A stretch of DNA of 42,829 nt, from contig JBDRRF010000069.1 of the NCBI GenBank assembly GCA_043825875.1, positions 1 through 42,829 on the forward strand, in the 5' to 3' direction. Shown piece by piece: positions 1 to 10,417 of the stretch (the stretch's first letter is position 1; every line of letters starts with the position of its first letter). The notes under the pieces were generated by a model. That model saw nothing but the letters and a program-made list of their open reading frames with translations, made no database searches and was not told the origin of the DNA. A program made the translations under genes and the position numbers. This DNA comes from Pseudomonadota bacterium (GTDB lineage: Bacteria; Desulfobacterota; Desulfobacteria; Desulfobacterales; RPRI01).

Positions 1-70
1 ATAAATAATAATTATACCAATTTTATTTTTTTCTTGACACTTTCGTTTAAATATAGCATTTATAAAAACA

Positions 71-115
71 GTGGAGCAAAGTGGGTTTATCTGAATAATA
101 GTGGTTTTATGTGAA
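71..115 (+). promoter_or_regulatory. MraZ-binding direct repeats (DCW boxes)
   Basis: GTGGA(71), GTGGG(81), CTGAA(91), GTGGT(101), GTGAA(111) at exact 10-bp period directly upstream of mraZ; a perfect TTGACA lies at 34-39 but no canonically spaced -10 is evident. Confidence 0.8.
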
Positions 116-149
116 TATTAAATAAAACTAAAAAAATAAAAGGCCTAAT

Positions 150-596
150 ATGTTCAGAGGGACATCTTTTCATACCATAGATTCAAAAGGGCGCATAATC
201 ATTCCTTCAAGGTTTCGGGAAATAATTAGAAACTCAGAGAATGACGGCGTTTTTGTATCCCGGATGGACGGAACCCTTTATGCTTACACTTTTGAAGAAT
301 GGAGAAAAATAGAAAATAAAATACTATCACTCGCAGAAAAAAGCGAAAGCATGCGCCGCTTCAGGAGAGTATTTATCGGCGGAGCCTTTGAATGTATATG
401 TGACAAGAACGATAGAATACTGATTCCTCCCACCTTAAGGCAATACTCAGGACTTGAAAAGGATATGGTGCTGGTTGGAGCCCTTGATCATTTTGAAATC
501 TGGTCACTTGATAATTGGAATAAGGAGCTTGAACAACTGGAAGCAGACAGCAAAAAGGAGGAGGTCAGAAACGAAATTGCAAAACTAGGAATCTGA
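150..596 (+). CDS. mraZ: Division/cell wall cluster transcriptional repressor MraZ
   Basis: MFRG...IDSKGRIIIPSRFR and second DKNDRILIP repeat; first gene of the dcw cluster. Confidence 0.97.
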   Translation: MFRGTSFHTIDSKGRIIIPSRFREIIRNSENDGVFVSRMDGTLYAYTFEEWRKIENKILSLAEKSESMRRFRRVFIGGAFECICDKNDRILIPPTLRQYSGLEKDMVLVGALDHFEIWSLDNWNKELEQLEADSKKEEVRNEIAKLGI

Positions 597-599
597 TTG

Positions 600-1538
600 A
601 TGCAGCCTTATCATATCCCTGTAATGACAAAAGAAATTATTCATTATCTTGATTGCAAGCCTGGAAAAATTTATGTGGATTGCACTATTGGAGGTTCTGG
701 TCATGCAAAAGCCATTTGTGAAAAAATAATGCCGAATGGAATATTAATAGGGGTTGATCAGGATAAAGATGCAATTAAGAATGCAAAAAACGTATTAAAT
801 CTATACCTATCAAACATCCATTTGTTTCATGGTAATTTCATTCGACTGCCCGAATTCCTTTCGGAATGCAATATTTCAAAAGTTGACGGTATATTGCTTG
901 ATTTAGGATTATCTCTTCATCAAATAAGCTCCAGCAAAAGGGGGTTTAGTTTCAAAAACACAGAGCCTCTTGATATGCGGATGAACACGGACTCCGATAT
1001 CAAGGCCGAAGACTTAATTAACAAATTGAGTGAAATAGATCTTGAGAAACTAATAAGAAATTATGGCGAAGAGTCATGGGCAAGAAATATAGCACGAAAT
1101 ATAGTTAAAGCAAGAAAGGAGTGCAAAATCGAGACAAGTGCACAACTTGCTAAAATAATATGTGCTTCAATTCCAATAAAAATACAACATAAGTCAAAAA
1201 TTCATCCTGCTACGCGTACATTTATGGCACTTAGAATCGCTGTTAATAAAGAACTCGAAATGCTTTCTGTGTTTATGGACAATGTTGCCGGTTTATTAAA
1301 CCCAAAAGGACGTCTTTGTGTTTTAACTTTTCACTCTTTGGAAGACAGAATCGTAAAACAAAAAATTAAAGAGATGGAAAAAGATTGTGTTTGTCCTCCA
1401 AAATTTCCAAAGTGCGTCTGCAACAAGACCAAATCAATTCGAGCCTTGAATAAAAAAGCAATAGCTCCCGGCAAAGAAGAAATTAACATAAATCCAATGT
1501 CACGAAGCGCAAAACTCAGAGCGGCAGAAACAATATAG
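600..1538 (+). CDS. rsmH: 16S rRNA m4C1402 methyltransferase RsmH (MraW)
   Basis: HIPVM, DCTIGGSGH, PLDMRM, HPATRTFMALRIAVNKEL, FHSLEDRIVK, NPMSRSAKLR motifs; ATG at 600 (TTG at 597 possible). Confidence 0.97.
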   Translation: MQPYHIPVMTKEIIHYLDCKPGKIYVDCTIGGSGHAKAICEKIMPNGILIGVDQDKDAIKNAKNVLNLYLSNIHLFHGNFIRLPEFLSECNISKVDGILLDLGLSLHQISSSKRGFSFKNTEPLDMRMNTDSDIKAEDLINKLSEIDLEKLIRNYGEESWARNIARNIVKARKECKIETSAQLAKIICASIPIKIQHKSKIHPATRTFMALRIAVNKELEMLSVFMDNVAGLLNPKGRLCVLTFHSLEDRIVKQKIKEMEKDCVCPPKFPKCVCNKTKSIRALNKKAIAPGKEEININPMSRSAKLRAAETI

Positions 1539-1552
1539 CAAGGAACAACCAA

Positions 1553-1849
1553 TTGAAGAATAACCTTAAAGATAAAAAAACCAGGCTTAAGATTATCGGG
1601 ATTTGGTCCGTTTTTATGGCAATATTTTCAGCCGAACTTTTTATTTACACTTGGTGCAGGATTCAGTGCGTTAAGACCGGTTATGAAATAGCAAAAGAAT
1701 CGAATAGAAATCTTAAACTTGCAACATTGCAAAATAATCTCAATATTGAAATCGCACGGCTTAAATCACCACGCAGAATAGTTAACATCGCAACAAAAAA
1801 ACTTGGGCTGGTCATGCCAACATCTGAGCAAATTATTATAATTCAATGA
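1553..1849 (+). CDS. ftsL: Cell division protein FtsL
   Basis: Short basic N-terminus, one TM helix, coiled coil ending LKSPRRIVNIATKKLGL; position between rsmH and ftsI; TTG start. Confidence 0.85.
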   Translation: MKNNLKDKKTRLKIIGIWSVFMAIFSAELFIYTWCRIQCVKTGYEIAKESNRNLKLATLQNNLNIEIARLKSPRRIVNIATKKLGLVMPTSEQIIIIQ

Positions 1850-3582
1850 GAAATGCCAATAAACAATATATAAAACTACGCATTACAATAGTTGGAATTT
1901 TTTTTGCCTTTTGCCTTGTGGCTATAGTTGCAAAAGCCGGTTATCTGCAAATTTATCAAAGCTCCTGGCTTGCAGAAAAAGCGGCCAATCAATATGAAAA
2001 GCCCTTTAAAGAAACAGGCAAGCGAGGCACTATTTATGATGCTAATTTGCGCGAAATAGCCGTATCAGTAGATACAATTTCGATTGCTGCCTACCCTGCC
2101 AAAATAACAGATAAAACGATAGCAGCAAAGAAGATTGCAAAATCCCTTAATATGAGTGCAGATTTTGTTAAAAGAACTCTTTCTTCCGGCAAGCCCTTTG
2201 TTTGGATAAAACGCAAGGCAACACCGAAAGAAGTATATGCAGTAAGAAGTCTTGATATTGAAGGTATGTGCTTTTTATCAGAGCACAACAGGGTTTATCC
2301 GCAAAAAACACTTGCGGCTCAGGCCATAGGCTTTACAGGCACTGACGGCAATGGCCTTGAAGGTCTGGAATTTTATTTTGACAATCAGCTTAAAGGCACG
2401 AATGGAAATAGCATTGTTTTAAAAGACGCTCTGGGTCAGGGTTTTGATACTGAAAAAAATCCTGGTAATTATAATGGCAATAATCTGGTTCTGACAATTG
2501 ATCAGGCAATTCAATATATAACTGAAACAGCATTAAAAGAAGCTGTGGTTGATAGCTCGGCCAAATCCGGAATTGCCATGGTAATGGTTCCCAAAACAGG
2601 TGCCATTCTGGCTATGGCGCATTACCCTTCTTTAAATCCGAATTCATTTACAAAATTCGATAAGCAATTGTGGAGAAACAGGGCCATAACCGATCCGTTT
2701 GAACCGGGTTCAACAATGAAAATTTTTACAGCCGCTGCTGCGATAGAGCATGGCAATTGTAAACCAAACACTATTTTTTACTGTGAAAACGGAGAATATA
2801 AAGTTGGAAAAGATATTATACACGACACACATCCTTACGGTTGGTTGACGGTTAAAGATATCATAAAATATTCTAGCAATATAGGCGCATATAAAATTGT
2901 AAAAAAAATAGGGCCCAAGGCTTTGCATAAAACCCTTAAGGATTTCGGGTTCGGCGAAAAAACAGGAATCAATTGCCCAGGCGAAACATCAGGTTTCCTA
3001 TCTTCATATAAAAACTGGCGCATGATTGATGTTGGAGCCATATCTTTTGGGCAGGGAATCTCCGCCTCTCCTTTACAACTTATTTCAGCAACTTCGGCAA
3101 TAGCAAACAATGGTCTTTTAATGAAACCATATATTGTTCAGGCTATATCGGATCATAAAGGCAAAACGATTAAACGCTTTGAGGCTACACCTGTAAGGCA
3201 GGCAATTTCATCCAAATCAGCCAATACGATAACAAAAATACTAATGGCTGTAACAACCAAAGAAGGAACAGGGTTTAATGCAACACTTGATGGCTACACA
3301 GTATGCGGTAAAACCGGAACCGCCCAGAAAATCGATAAAACAGGAAAATATGCAAGGAATAAATACATTGCATCTTTTATCGGCTTTGCCCCTGTTGAAG
3401 ATCCGGAAATAGCCATACTTGTTATAGTAGATGAGCCCAGGAAAAATCACTACGGTGGTATTGTAGCTGCCCCGGCTTTCAAGAAGATAGCCCAGGAAAC
3501 CCTTACTTATCTTAATATACTGCCAAATAATAGAGAAACTGACAGAATCAGAGTCTCGCGGGAAAGCAGGGTGCTGGGTTGA
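1846..3582 (+). CDS. ftsI: Peptidoglycan D,D-transpeptidase FtsI (PBP3)
   Basis: N-terminal TM, RGTIYD, GLEGLE, EPGSTMK (SxxK), SSN (SxN), GKTGTAQK (KTG). Confidence 0.95.
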   Translation: MRNANKQYIKLRITIVGIFFAFCLVAIVAKAGYLQIYQSSWLAEKAANQYEKPFKETGKRGTIYDANLREIAVSVDTISIAAYPAKITDKTIAAKKIAKSLNMSADFVKRTLSSGKPFVWIKRKATPKEVYAVRSLDIEGMCFLSEHNRVYPQKTLAAQAIGFTGTDGNGLEGLEFYFDNQLKGTNGNSIVLKDALGQGFDTEKNPGNYNGNNLVLTIDQAIQYITETALKEAVVDSSAKSGIAMVMVPKTGAILAMAHYPSLNPNSFTKFDKQLWRNRAITDPFEPGSTMKIFTAAAAIEHGNCKPNTIFYCENGEYKVGKDIIHDTHPYGWLTVKDIIKYSSNIGAYKIVKKIGPKALHKTLKDFGFGEKTGINCPGETSGFLSSYKNWRMIDVGAISFGQGISASPLQLISATSAIANNGLLMKPYIVQAISDHKGKTIKRFEATPVRQAISSKSANTITKILMAVTTKEGTGFNATLDGYTVCGKTGTAQKIDKTGKYARNKYIASFIGFAPVEDPEIAILVIVDEPRKNHYGGIVAAPAFKKIAQETLTYLNILPNNRETDRIRVSRESRVLG

Positions 3583-5219
3583 AATTATCATCTCTTTTAA
3601 AAGCCATAAATATAGATGAAAATTATCAGCAAATTAAATCGGTGGGTTTTTATGACATGCACAAACAATCTGATGCTATAAATATACAATCGGAAGAAAG
3701 TATAAACGCCGGGATTTATAACCTTAATCCTGAACATCCGGATTGTTGTCCTGATCCTGATATAGGCTCGATACATTACAGGGCACAGGATGTAAAACCA
3801 TCCGGCCTTTTCGTTGCTATACCTGGACACAAGGCAGATGGCCACGATTTTATTGATACGGCGATGGATAAAGGTGCATCTGCAATAGTGGTTCAAAAAA
3901 AGATAGTCAAAAATTCCATTATAATCGAGGTTGAAAACACAAGAAAGGCTCTTGGCAGGATAGCCGCAAAATATTATGGAACCCCTTCCGAAAAATTAGT
4001 TATTATCGGTATTACAGGGACAAATGGCAAAACTACTACTGCTTATCTTGTAGAAAGTATTCTTCAGGCCGCCGGTTTTAAAACAGGTGTAATAGGAACG
4101 ATTAATTGCCGTTATTCAGGAAAAACCTTTCCAAGCCCGGTAACAACACCTGAGTCACTTGATCTTCAACAAATTCTTTCCGAAATGGTAAATGACGGCA
4201 TAACCCATGTGGTTATGGAGGTGTCATCCCATGCCATTGATCTTTTTAGAATCGAAAGCTGTTTCTTTGATACCGCTATTTTTACAAACCTAACACAGGA
4301 TCACCTTGACTACCATACGAATATGGAAAGTTACTGGGAGGTTAAGAAAAAACTTTTTACAGAATCACTTGTTACCGGACCCAAAAAAGAGAAAGCTTTT
4401 GCCGTAATAAACTGCGATGACAAAAGGGGAAAAGTACTTTCCGGCAATCTTTCGGTAAAATGCATAAAAACAGGCTCTGATACCGGATGCACTGTATATG
4501 CAACTAATTCAACAATAAATGCAGGGGGGATAAAAACTTTAATTTCAACTCCTGAAAGCTCTTTTGAAATTAAGTCTGACCTTGTGGGAAAACATAATGT
4601 CGAAAATATCATGAGTGCAGCAGGCGTTGCTTTTGGACTTGGAATTTCTTCTGAAACAATAAAAAAAGGGATAGAATCACTTTCTGTAATCCCCGGACGC
4701 CTTGAAAGAATAAACAACAAAACCGGCATATCGGTCTACGTGGATTACGCACATACTCCTGATGCATTGAAAAATGTACTTCTGTCTTTAAGACCCATTG
4801 CAAAAAAAAGACTGATATGTGTTTTCGGGTGCGGAGGCGACAGAGACAAAACAAAACGCCCTCTTATGGGAGAAGAAGTTGCGCGTCTTTCCGATATTGC
4901 AGTTATTACATCCGACAATCCGAGAACAGAAGACCCCATGGAAATAACAGATCAAATATTAACCGGAATTAAACGAAGTAACATAAACAGATATGAACCA
5001 ACCGAACATAGACTTCTAATAGATAAAAAAGGCTACTTTGTCGAACCTGACCGGAAAAAGGCCATACATCTTGGAATTAAAATCGCAAAAGCTGGCGATA
5101 TTGTATTAATAGCCGGAAAGGGCCACGAAACTTATCAGCTTATAGGGAAAGATTCATTTCCTTTTGATGACAGGCAAAAAGCGAGGTCTGCGCTTTTGCA
5201 GATAGAAACAAAGAGATAA
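3579..5219 (+). CDS. murE: UDP-MurNAc-dipeptide--meso-diaminopimelate ligase MurE
   Basis: GITGTNGKTT, MEVSSH, DYAHTPD, FGCGGDRD, DNPR (meso-DAP specificity), AGKGHE; TTG start overlapping ftsI stop. Confidence 0.96.
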   Translation: MKLSSLLKAINIDENYQQIKSVGFYDMHKQSDAINIQSEESINAGIYNLNPEHPDCCPDPDIGSIHYRAQDVKPSGLFVAIPGHKADGHDFIDTAMDKGASAIVVQKKIVKNSIIIEVENTRKALGRIAAKYYGTPSEKLVIIGITGTNGKTTTAYLVESILQAAGFKTGVIGTINCRYSGKTFPSPVTTPESLDLQQILSEMVNDGITHVVMEVSSHAIDLFRIESCFFDTAIFTNLTQDHLDYHTNMESYWEVKKKLFTESLVTGPKKEKAFAVINCDDKRGKVLSGNLSVKCIKTGSDTGCTVYATNSTINAGGIKTLISTPESSFEIKSDLVGKHNVENIMSAAGVAFGLGISSETIKKGIESLSVIPGRLERINNKTGISVYVDYAHTPDALKNVLLSLRPIAKKRLICVFGCGGDRDKTKRPLMGEEVARLSDIAVITSDNPRTEDPMEITDQILTGIKRSNINRYEPTEHRLLIDKKGYFVEPDRKKAIHLGIKIAKAGDIVLIAGKGHETYQLIGKDSFPFDDRQKARSALLQIETKR

Positions 5220-5222
5220 TAT

Positions 5223-6665
5223 ATGAAACAACTTATTCCGTGGTCTGAAGATGAAATATTAAAAGCAACAGAAGGTGTTGTTGTTTCCGGGGAGAACAGG
5301 CACACATTTACAGGTATCTCCATTGATTCACGGACAATAACTGCCGGCGAACTTTTTGTAGCCATTGAAGGTATTAATTTCGACGGGCATAATTTTGCAA
5401 AAGAAGTTATCACAAAAAATATTAAAGGTCTGGTCATAAACAGACAAAAAACAGCAGAGCTTTTATGTAACAAATCAGACAATCCGGATCTGTTTTGTGT
5501 TGAAGTCGATAATACTACTAAAGCGCTTGGGGATATTGCAGCTTATAACAGGAAAAGAGCAAATGTTTCCGTAATAGCAATTACAGGTTCAAACGGCAAA
5601 ACATCAACAAGAGAAATGACAAGCGCGATTGTTTCCCGCCATTTTGATACTCTTTCAACAATTGGGAATTTAAACAACGAGATTGGCCTTCCCTTAACCC
5701 TTCTTAAACTAAGCCCATTTAATAAATGGGCGGTTGTTGAACTTGGAACGAATCATCCGGGAGAAATAGCAAGACTTGCCAAAATATGCAAACCTGACAT
5801 CGGTATAATAACAAATATTGGCAGAGCGCATCTTGAAGGATTAAAATCTATTGAAGGTGTTATGAATGCCAAAGGGGAGCTATTAAACGACATCAAACCT
5901 GGTGGAACAGTTATTCTTAACGCAGATGACGAAAGAGTCATGAGGCTTGCCCGCAAAACACAAAGAAACAAAATTTACTTTGGGCTTTCACAAAAGGCAT
6001 TGATTAAAGCATCTTCTATCGAGATAAATAAAACATCAACCTCATTTACACTAAAACTTCCCGAGGATGCTATAAGAGTAGAACTTCCCGTAACAGGACA
6101 TTTTATGGTGTCGAATGCGCTTGCTGCCGCTTCTGTAGGATATCTTCTTAAACTCAGTGCACATGATATAAAGGCGGGGCTTGAAAATTTCACCAGTGCA
6201 AAAAGCAGGATGAATATTTTTGCTTTGGGAAACGGGGTTACTGTTATTGATGATACCTACAATGCAAACCCGGATTCCATGGAAGCAGCCATAAGATCAC
6301 TTGCAGGTTTAAAAGGTAATAAAAGAGGAGTGCTTGTTGCCGGAGATATGCTGGAACTTGGAATTTATTCTGAAGCTCTGCATAAAAAAATAGGCGAGTT
6401 TTGTGCTGAATTCGGCGTTGAAAGGCTTTATGCCACAGGTCAATTTTCCGCCAATGTGGCAGCTGGCGCAATTATAGGAGGCATGGATGTTTCTTCTGTT
6501 TTCACAGGATCACAGGAAGATATTATAAGCGATCTGAAAGAATGGTTAATGCCTACAGATTGCATACTTATTAAAGGTTCAAGGGCTATGGCAATGGAAA
6601 AAATAGTTGCAAAATTAAAAGAATGGGCAGGAACATCGGCAGAGTTAATTAAGGATAAAGCATGA
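5223..6665 (+). CDS. murF: UDP-MurNAc-tripeptide--D-Ala-D-Ala ligase MurF
   Basis: [50 protein letters not shown]. Confidence 0.96.
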   Translation: MKQLIPWSEDEILKATEGVVVSGENRHTFTGISIDSRTITAGELFVAIEGINFDGHNFAKEVITKNIKGLVINRQKTAELLCNKSDNPDLFCVEVDNTTKALGDIAAYNRKRANVSVIAITGSNGKTSTREMTSAIVSRHFDTLSTIGNLNNEIGLPLTLLKLSPFNKWAVVELGTNHPGEIARLAKICKPDIGIITNIGRAHLEGLKSIEGVMNAKGELLNDIKPGGTVILNADDERVMRLARKTQRNKIYFGLSQKALIKASSIEINKTSTSFTLKLPEDAIRVELPVTGHFMVSNALAAASVGYLLKLSAHDIKAGLENFTSAKSRMNIFALGNGVTVIDDTYNANPDSMEAAIRSLAGLKGNKRGVLVAGDMLELGIYSEALHKKIGEFCAEFGVERLYATGQFSANVAAGAIIGGMDVSSVFTGSQEDIISDLKEWLMPTDCILIKGSRAMAMEKIVAKLKEWAGTSAELIKDKA

Positions 6666-7741
6666 TTTATCATTTATTATATCCGCTGCACACAACATTT
6701 TCTGCATTTAATGTATTCAGGTATATTACATTCAGAACAATATATGCGGTTTTAACTGCCTTTTTAATTTGCTTTCTCTTGGGGCCATGGGTAATCCGCA
6801 AACTCACCAAGTGGCAGATCGGCCAGCACATTCGGGAAGAAGGGCCAAAAGGGCATCAGAAAAAAACCGGCACACCAACTATGGGAGGAACGCTGATTGC
6901 CTTTTCGCTGGTAGTGACAACACTTCTGTGGAGTAATCTTTCAAATTGCTACGTCTGGATACTTCTTCTTGCAACAATAGGCTACGCTTTAATAGGATTT
7001 GCAGATGATTATCTCAAGCAGGTCAAAAAGCAAAACATGGGGTTAATCCCACGCAATAAATTTATCCTGCAATCGGTACTGGCATTAATCATAAGCACCT
7101 TTATCTATATCAACCCCAATTTTTCAAGCACTCTGATTGTTCCTTTTTTCAAAAACATTTCGCCTGACCTTGGCGTTTTTTATATTTTCTTTGCCGCCTT
7201 TGTTATTGTGGGAACCTCGAACGCGGTTAATCTGACAGACGGCCTTGACGGGCTTGCAATAGGCCCTACAACAATTGTGGCAGTAACTTACATGATTTTA
7301 GCTTATGTTGCCGGAAACATCAAAATTGCCGAGTATCTTCAAATACCCCATGTAGCTGGAAGCGGGGAAGTAGTTATATTCTGCGGCTGCCTTGTCGGCG
7401 CTGGTTTAGGTTTTTTGTGGTTTAACGCATATCCGGCGCAGATATTTATGGGAGATACCGGATCTCTTTCTTTAGGCGGCGTTATCGGAACAGTTGCTGT
7501 AATTACAAAACAGGAGCTTTTACTTGTTATTGTCGGAGGATTATTTGTTATTGAAGCCCTGTCTGTAATTTTTCAGGTTTGCTTTTTCAAGATAACTAAA
7601 GGCAAAAGGATATTTAAAATGGCGCCTCTCCATCATCACTTTGAACTCAAAGGATGGCCTGAACCAAAAGTGATAGTACGATTCTGGATTATTGCGGTTG
7701 CCCTTGCGCTTTTATCTTTAAGCACTCTGAAAATAAGATAA
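6662..7741 (+). CDS. mraY: Phospho-N-acetylmuramoyl-pentapeptide transferase MraY
   Basis: [39 protein letters not shown]; polytopic membrane protein. Confidence 0.98.
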   Translation: MIYHLLYPLHTTFSAFNVFRYITFRTIYAVLTAFLICFLLGPWVIRKLTKWQIGQHIREEGPKGHQKKTGTPTMGGTLIAFSLVVTTLLWSNLSNCYVWILLLATIGYALIGFADDYLKQVKKQNMGLIPRNKFILQSVLALIISTFIYINPNFSSTLIVPFFKNISPDLGVFYIFFAAFVIVGTSNAVNLTDGLDGLAIGPTTIVAVTYMILAYVAGNIKIAEYLQIPHVAGSGEVVIFCGCLVGAGLGFLWFNAYPAQIFMGDTGSLSLGGVIGTVAVITKQELLLVIVGGLFVIEALSVIFQVCFFKITKGKRIFKMAPLHHHFELKGWPEPKVIVRFWIIAVALALLSLSTLKIR

Positions 7742-7743
7742 TA

Positions 7744-7785
7744 AACAGGGATCAGTGATAGGGGAACAGGTGTCAGTAATTAGAA
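7744..7785 (+). repeat. Degenerate heptamer tandem repeat
   Basis: AACAGGG ATCAGTG ATAGGGG AACAGGT GTCAGTA ATTAGAA in the mraY-murD spacer. Confidence 0.5.
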
Positions 7786-7840
7786 ATTTGCAAAAATAAA
7801 CATTCAAACTGGCTCGAAGATATGTAGGTGAGAAATCAGG

Positions 7841-9265
7841 ATGGATTTATCCGGAAAGAAAATACTAGTGGTTGGGCTTGGCAAAACAGGAGTATCTACT
7901 GCTGTCTTTTTAAAAAAAAGAGGCGCTGATGTCATTGCAACCGACTCTTCAAAGGATGAAAAACTTTTCGATGCTGCAAATAGTCTTTCAAAGATCGGGA
8001 TAAATGTTGAACTGGGGGTTCACAATGCTTCTTCTTTTATGAATTCGGAAATTATTGTTCTAAGCCCCGGCGTTGCTCATACGATTGACCCTGTTGCAAA
8101 TGCTGCAAGGCGCGGTGCAATCATTATGGGAGAGATAGAGCTTGCTTCAAGATTTATTAAAGAACCGATAGTTGCAATAACGGGAACAAATGGCAAAACC
8201 ACAACAACAACTCTGATTGGTAAAATGCTTGAAGAATCGGGCCTGAAAGTTTTTGTCGGAGGAAACATTGGCAACCCTCTTATTGATTATATCGACTCCG
8301 GAAATAAGGCGGATATTATCGTGGCAGAAATTAGCAGCTTCCAACTTGATACAATTGATGTTTTCAGGCCAAAGGTAAGTGTTTTACTTAATATTTCCGA
8401 AGACCATCTTGACCGTTATCCTGATTTTAACGCATACACAAAGTCAAAGATGAAAGTGTTTAAAAATCAGAAAGAAAATGATTATGCGGTATTCAATGCC
8501 TCGGATAAATATATTTTTCCTGTGGCAGAAGATATTAAATGCAGCAAACTGCCATTTTTTAACCATACTGCTGCAAACAATTACAATGAGTATGCAAAAA
8601 TTACAGATGACCGTATTATTTTTAATTTAACAAAAGACTTTGCCGTCATGAATCAGGAGGCAGCAGATCCGGCTGATGATTTTGAGGGCAATTATTCTTT
8701 GCCTTTTTCCGCAATAAATCTTTTGGGAAAACATAACATGGAAAATGTTGCTGCAGCAACTCTTGCAAGTCTTGCCGCAGGAGGCAATTGGGCCGGAATA
8801 AAATCCGCCTTAAAAAACTTTACAGGGCTTGCGCACAGGATTGAATATATAACAACTATAAATGAAGTGAAATACTATAATGATTCAAAAGCTACTACCG
8901 TTGATTCAGTTATAAAGGCGCTGGAAGTATTTAATACCCCAGTTATCCTTATAATGGGAGGCCGTGACAAAGGAAGTAATTTTGGTTTATTGACAGACAC
9001 TGTCAAAAAACATGTAAAAAAACTAATTGCTATTGGAGAAGCAAAAGAAAAAATAAAATCCGCTCTTGGGGATAAAGTCGATACTATTTTGTCAGACTCA
9101 CTTGAAGATGCCATCTTTTCGGCAAGCAGATCAGCAGGAACTGATGATGTTGTTCTCTTATCTCCGGCATGTTCAAGCTTTGACATGTTTAAAAGTTATG
9201 CACACAGAGGAGAGATCTTTCGTGAAGAAATCCTTAAATTAGCCAAAACGGTCGGTAATGATTAA
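7841..9265 (+). CDS. murD: UDP-MurNAc-L-Ala--D-Glu ligase MurD
   Basis: VVGLGKTG, SPG, ITGTNGKTTTT, GGNIG, EISSFQL, DSKAT, LSPACSSFD. Confidence 0.97.
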   Translation: MDLSGKKILVVGLGKTGVSTAVFLKKRGADVIATDSSKDEKLFDAANSLSKIGINVELGVHNASSFMNSEIIVLSPGVAHTIDPVANAARRGAIIMGEIELASRFIKEPIVAITGTNGKTTTTTLIGKMLEESGLKVFVGGNIGNPLIDYIDSGNKADIIVAEISSFQLDTIDVFRPKVSVLLNISEDHLDRYPDFNAYTKSKMKVFKNQKENDYAVFNASDKYIFPVAEDIKCSKLPFFNHTAANNYNEYAKITDDRIIFNLTKDFAVMNQEAADPADDFEGNYSLPFSAINLLGKHNMENVAAATLASLAAGGNWAGIKSALKNFTGLAHRIEYITTINEVKYYNDSKATTVDSVIKALEVFNTPVILIMGGRDKGSNFGLLTDTVKKHVKKLIAIGEAKEKIKSALGDKVDTILSDSLEDAIFSASRSAGTDDVVLLSPACSSFDMFKSYAHRGEIFREEILKLAKTVGND

Positions 9266-10412
9266 ACAAAATAAACAAATGTTATCCGTGGCCCAGGAAT
9301 CACCCGGATATTATGATATAAAACTTCTGTTACCCGTTTTTATTCTGGTAATAATCGGGATAATCATGGTTTACAGTGCAAGCTCAGTTCTTGCTTTGAA
9401 AAAATTCGGAACCGATTATTTTTTCTTAAAAAAACAAGCTATGTTTGCCGTAGCAGGAGTTATAGCACTGGTAATCTGCAGGCATTTCAATTACAGATAT
9501 TACAAGGCATTAGCCTACCCTATTCTTATCTTTTCAATTATTTTACTTCTCGCCATACATATTCCAGGCATAGGATATACAGCGGGAGGATCTGCAAGGT
9601 GGTTGCACTTAGGTGGCTTTACAATTCAACCTTCCGAATTTGCGCGTCTTGCGATGATTATATATCTTGCATACTCAATAAACAAAAAACAGGAAGATAT
9701 TAAAAATTTTTATATAGGCTTTTTGCCACATGTGATTGTGCTTGCGATTGTCACATTGCTTATATCCCTTCAACCGGATTTCGGCTCCCTTATTATACTC
9801 TGCGCTTTGACATGGACAATGCTTTTTGTCGGAGGAGTCAGAATATTATATCTTGCTTCTTCGGTTCTTCCATTACTGCCGGTTGCCTATATTTATATGT
9901 TAAAAGAACCTTACAGGCTTAGACGCTGGATAAGCTTCTGGGACCCATGGCAATATTGTTCTGATGAAGGATACCAGATCGTTCACTCTTTAATGGCTTT
10001 CGGGACAGGCGGAATATGGGGCACAGGCATAGGTAACGGATATCAGAAACTATATTATCTGCCCGAACCTCATACAGATTTTATTCTTTCTGTTATTGGT
10101 GAGGAATTGGGGCTTGCCGGTGTTGTAGTAATCATTATTCTGTATGCATTTATTTTAATAAGAGGAATCAATATTGCCAGAAAAACCGAAGAGCCTTTTG
10201 GCGCATTGCTGGCGACAGGTATTACAATCTCAATAGGCATGCAGGCTTGTATAAATATGGGAGTTACACTCGGCCTTTTGCCGACAAAAGGACTTACGCT
10301 GCCGTTTTTAAGTTATGGAGGGACATCACTTCTTATAAATATGGCAGCAGTGGGAATACTTATGAATATAGGAAAATCTGTTCATAAAAACACATACGGC
10401 AGGCAAGTATAA
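9258..10412 (+). CDS. ftsW: SEDS peptidoglycan glycosyltransferase FtsW
   Basis: MVYSAS, ARW, QPSEF, QPDFG, LPEPHTDFI, LPFLSYGGTSL. Confidence 0.96.
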   Translation: MIKQNKQMLSVAQESPGYYDIKLLLPVFILVIIGIIMVYSASSVLALKKFGTDYFFLKKQAMFAVAGVIALVICRHFNYRYYKALAYPILIFSIILLLAIHIPGIGYTAGGSARWLHLGGFTIQPSEFARLAMIIYLAYSINKKQEDIKNFYIGFLPHVIVLAIVTLLISLQPDFGSLIILCALTWTMLFVGGVRILYLASSVLPLLPVAYIYMLKEPYRLRRWISFWDPWQYCSDEGYQIVHSLMAFGTGGIWGTGIGNGYQKLYYLPEPHTDFILSVIGEELGLAGVVVIIILYAFILIRGINIARKTEEPFGALLATGITISIGMQACINMGVTLGLLPTKGLTLPFLSYGGTSLLINMAAVGILMNIGKSVHKNTYGRQV

Positions 10413-10417
10413 AGCCC

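Noticed and set aside
7806..7815. AAACTGGCTC resembles the right end of the palindromic repeat
   Set aside because: Only ~10 bp with no adjoining similarity; not distinguishable from chance
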